Shown here: positions 62,150 through 64,000 of the stretch, in pieces
Position numbering within the stretch: the stretch's first letter is position 1
How the letters are laid out: the number at the start of each line of letters is the position of its first letter
Assembly: GCA_963815115.1 (NCBI GenBank)
Contig: CAWFFN010000012.1
Coordinates: 384,001-448,000 of the forward strand
Length of the DNA: 64,000 nucleotides
From: an uncultured delta proteobacterium
Lineage (GTDB): Bacteria; Desulfobacterota; Binatia; DP-6
Reading direction: 5' to 3'
The notes under the pieces: model-generated
Databases searched by the model: none
Seen by the model: only the letters and a program-made list of their open reading frames with translations
What the model was told of the DNA's origin: nothing
Made by a program: the position numbers and the translations under genes

Positions 62150-62980
62150 CTAGCCTTCGGAGAGCCGGAAGCGGACCGGAAACGTCACGCGGCTCTCGAC
62201 CGGAACGTTGCCGCGGCGCGCGGGCAGGAAGCGCCAGCGCGTCCGCACGGTGTCGAGCGCCGACTCGTCGAGCAGCGGCGACCCCGACGAGCTCTGCACC
62301 CGCACCTCGGCCGGGCTGCCGTCGGGCCGCACCAGCACCTCGAGCGTGACGACGCCCTCCACGCCGAGCCGGCGCGCTGCCAGCGGATAGGGCGGCTTGG
62401 GATTCGAGCCGTAGGCCGGACGCGCGGTCCCGTCGCTGCCGTCGCCGCCCGAGCCGTCGCCGGTTCCCGCACCGCCGCGGCCGGTGCCGCTTCCGCCGCC
62501 GGGACCGCCGAGGCTGCCGACGCGTTCCCCCGAACCGCTCGGGGAGGGCGCGGGAGCACCGGTGGCCGCAGCGGGCGCCGCCGGCTGCGGGCGGGAGGGA
62601 GCCGGAGCCGCGAGCGCTCGCAGGCTCGCGAAGGCGGTCGGGCTCGGGGTGGCCACTGCCACCGGCTTCGTCTGGGCGGTGGGTAGCGGCGGCGGTGGTG
62701 GAGAAGGCGCCGGAACGGCCAGGGGCTGGGAAGGCGCAGGCGGGCTGCCCGATCGGCCGAGCGCCGGGGACGGCGTGCCCGGCATCGGTCCCCCACCGCC
62801 TCCACCGGCCCGCGAGACGAGGCTCACCCGTATCAGCTTGGTCCTCGCCGTCTCCAGCTGACCGGCCAGCAGATCCACGAGGGGGACCGAGCGCAGGAGG
62901 AGCAGGAACATGGCGGCGTGGACGGCCGCCGAGGTGGCGAGCGCCGCCGTCAATCGCAGGCGCTGCTGCCGATCGGACAT
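62150..62980 (-). CDS. tonB: Energy transducer TonB-family protein
   Basis: TM anchor with S...H, Pro/Ala/Gly-rich linker, P.YP..ARR.G.EG.V...V.V..DG, SSG..LLD.SA, WRF.PA. Confidence 0.9.
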   Translation of the reverse strand: MSDRQQRLRLTAALATSAAVHAAMFLLLLRSVPLVDLLAGQLETARTKLIRVSLVSRAGGGGGGPMPGTPSPALGRSGSPPAPSQPLAVPAPSPPPPPLPTAQTKPVAVATPSPTAFASLRALAAPAPSRPQPAAPAAATGAPAPSPSGSGERVGSLGGPGGGSGTGRGGAGTGDGSGGDGSDGTARPAYGSNPKPPYPLAARRLGVEGVVTLEVLVRPDGSPAEVRVQSSSGSPLLDESALDTVRTRWRFLPARRGNVPVESRVTFPVRFRLSEG

Positions 62981-63051
62981 GGACGGCCCCCAGTCATAGG
63001 GACCATCGACTCGGGGGTGCAACCCGGGCGGAGAGAAGTCCATGCGAATCG

Positions 63052-64000
63052 TCAGAAGAACCAGGTGACTCCGGCGACGACCCCGATCGGGTTCCCGGGC
63101 GTGAAGTGGATGCTGTCGGCCGGCTGACCGGTCTTCACCGACGTTCCGTCGGGCAGGACGACCACGCCCTTCCCGGGCTTGAAGTAGCAGGGGGCGGCGG
63201 GGTTCCGCGTCTGCACCTCGCTCCGGACGCACGAGTTGTCGGAGAACTGCGCCTCGCGCCAGTCGGTGTCGGTCAGGTTCAGGAGCTGGAGCGAGAACTC
63301 GAGGTCGCGCCAGCGATAGCGCGCGAAGAGGTCGAGCAGGTAGTAGCCGCGCGCCGTCACCGTGTCATCCTCGTTGCCGGCGCGGTCGGACACGTAGCGG
63401 CCGCGCAGTGCCACCGTGAGGCCGTTGTGGAAGTCGGCGGTCAGGCCCCCGTTCATGAAGATCGGCACGGCGAGCGGCACGAACCCGCCGTCGGAGAAGC
63501 GCGCGTGGCTCCAGCTCAGGTCGTAGTCGGCGGAGAGCCAGTCGGTGATCTGCCAGCGGGCCTCGAAGTCGATCCCGTAGCGCCGGCTCGGCAGCGAGCT
63601 CGCCTCGTCGGTGCCGGCGTCGCCCGAGAACACCAGCTCGCTCCCCAGGTCGAGGTTCCAGAGGGCTGCGGCGAGGTCGAGCCGGTCGAACAGATGCGTG
63701 CGCCCGCCGAGCTCGTAGCCGAGCGCCTTCACCAGCGGCGTGGGCTGGGCGGCCGCGACGACACCCGAGCCCGAGGGGCCCGCGCCGGTGAACGCTCCGA
63801 TGACCGTCGAGCGGGCGTCGTTGGAGTGAAACCCGCGGCCGAAGTTGAGATAGATCTCGCTGTTCTCCACCGGCGTGATGATGAGGTTCGCCTTCGGGCT
63901 CGGCAGCCCGGCGGTGGTGCGGCCGTTCAGGAAGACCGCGTCGAAATTGGGGTCGTTGCCCTGCCTCGGCAGCCGGTCGTTGACGTCGAAGACGTAGAAG
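63052..64000 (-). CDS. TonB-dependent receptor (C-terminal part; start outside the window)
   Basis: Amphipathic beta-strands, N.GRGFHSNDAR, LNLTD..W.EAQF, and terminal HFTPG....AGVTWFF. Confidence 0.9.
   Translation of the reverse strand, partial: FYVFDVNDRLPRQGNDPNFDAVFLNGRTTAGLPSPKANLIITPVENSEIYLNFGRGFHSNDARSTVIGAFTGAGPSGSGVVAAAQPTPLVKALGYELGGRTHLFDRLDLAAALWNLDLGSELVFSGDAGTDEASSLPSRRYGIDFEARWQITDWLSADYDLSWSHARFSDGGFVPLAVPIFMNGGLTADFHNGLTVALRGRYVSDRAGNEDDTVTARGYYLLDLFARYRWRDLEFSLQLLNLTDTDWREAQFSDNSCVRSEVQTRNPAAPCYFKPGKGVVVLPDGTSVKTGQPADSIHFTPGNPIGVVAGVTWFF

Noticed and set aside
62440-62810. Low-complexity GCC/CCG repeats in tonB (and at 51470-51540)
   Set aside because: Ordinary Pro/Gly/Ala linkers in coding sequence.

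Overview
A very GC-rich bacterial chromosomal segment. The gene content (DUF1302-like and Cys-rich secreted proteins, pilMNOPQ-aroKB, a delta-type ISC operon) suggests a Deltaproteobacteria-like lineage, possibly Binatota; this assignment is inference. Most of the window is housekeeping: aroC (partial), rpe, rsmB-fmt-def, a frameshifted arylsulfatase, priA, pilMNOPQ-aroK-aroB, mfd-surA-PMM/PGM-uvrA, an ISC operon (iscSUA-hscBA-iscX plus a trailing Rrf2 gene, no fdx), pepA, a CCA-type nucleotidyltransferase and selA-selB-selD. An envelope block follows (PPIase, VanZ, VKOR-DsbA fusion, DUF1302-like protein, Cys-rich secreted protein, DsbA, two GT-C-like membrane proteins), then Lhr helicase, an npdG / MFS-UBP-zinc-finger / AraC / MFS cluster, TonB and a partial TonB-dependent receptor. 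The most striking unannotated signal is a dispersed four-hairpin, mirror-symmetric element of about 250-285 bp. It occurs in 4 full or partial copies, shows compensatory base changes, always sits at gene 3' ends, and one copy supplies the C-terminus of Rpe. Also seen: many probable leaderless promoters, an IscR-like operator, a sigma54 site and a 21-bp-period AraC/XylS-like repeat. No CRISPR array, rRNA, tRNA or transposase was recognised. Product calls come from motif recognition by eye, not database searches.
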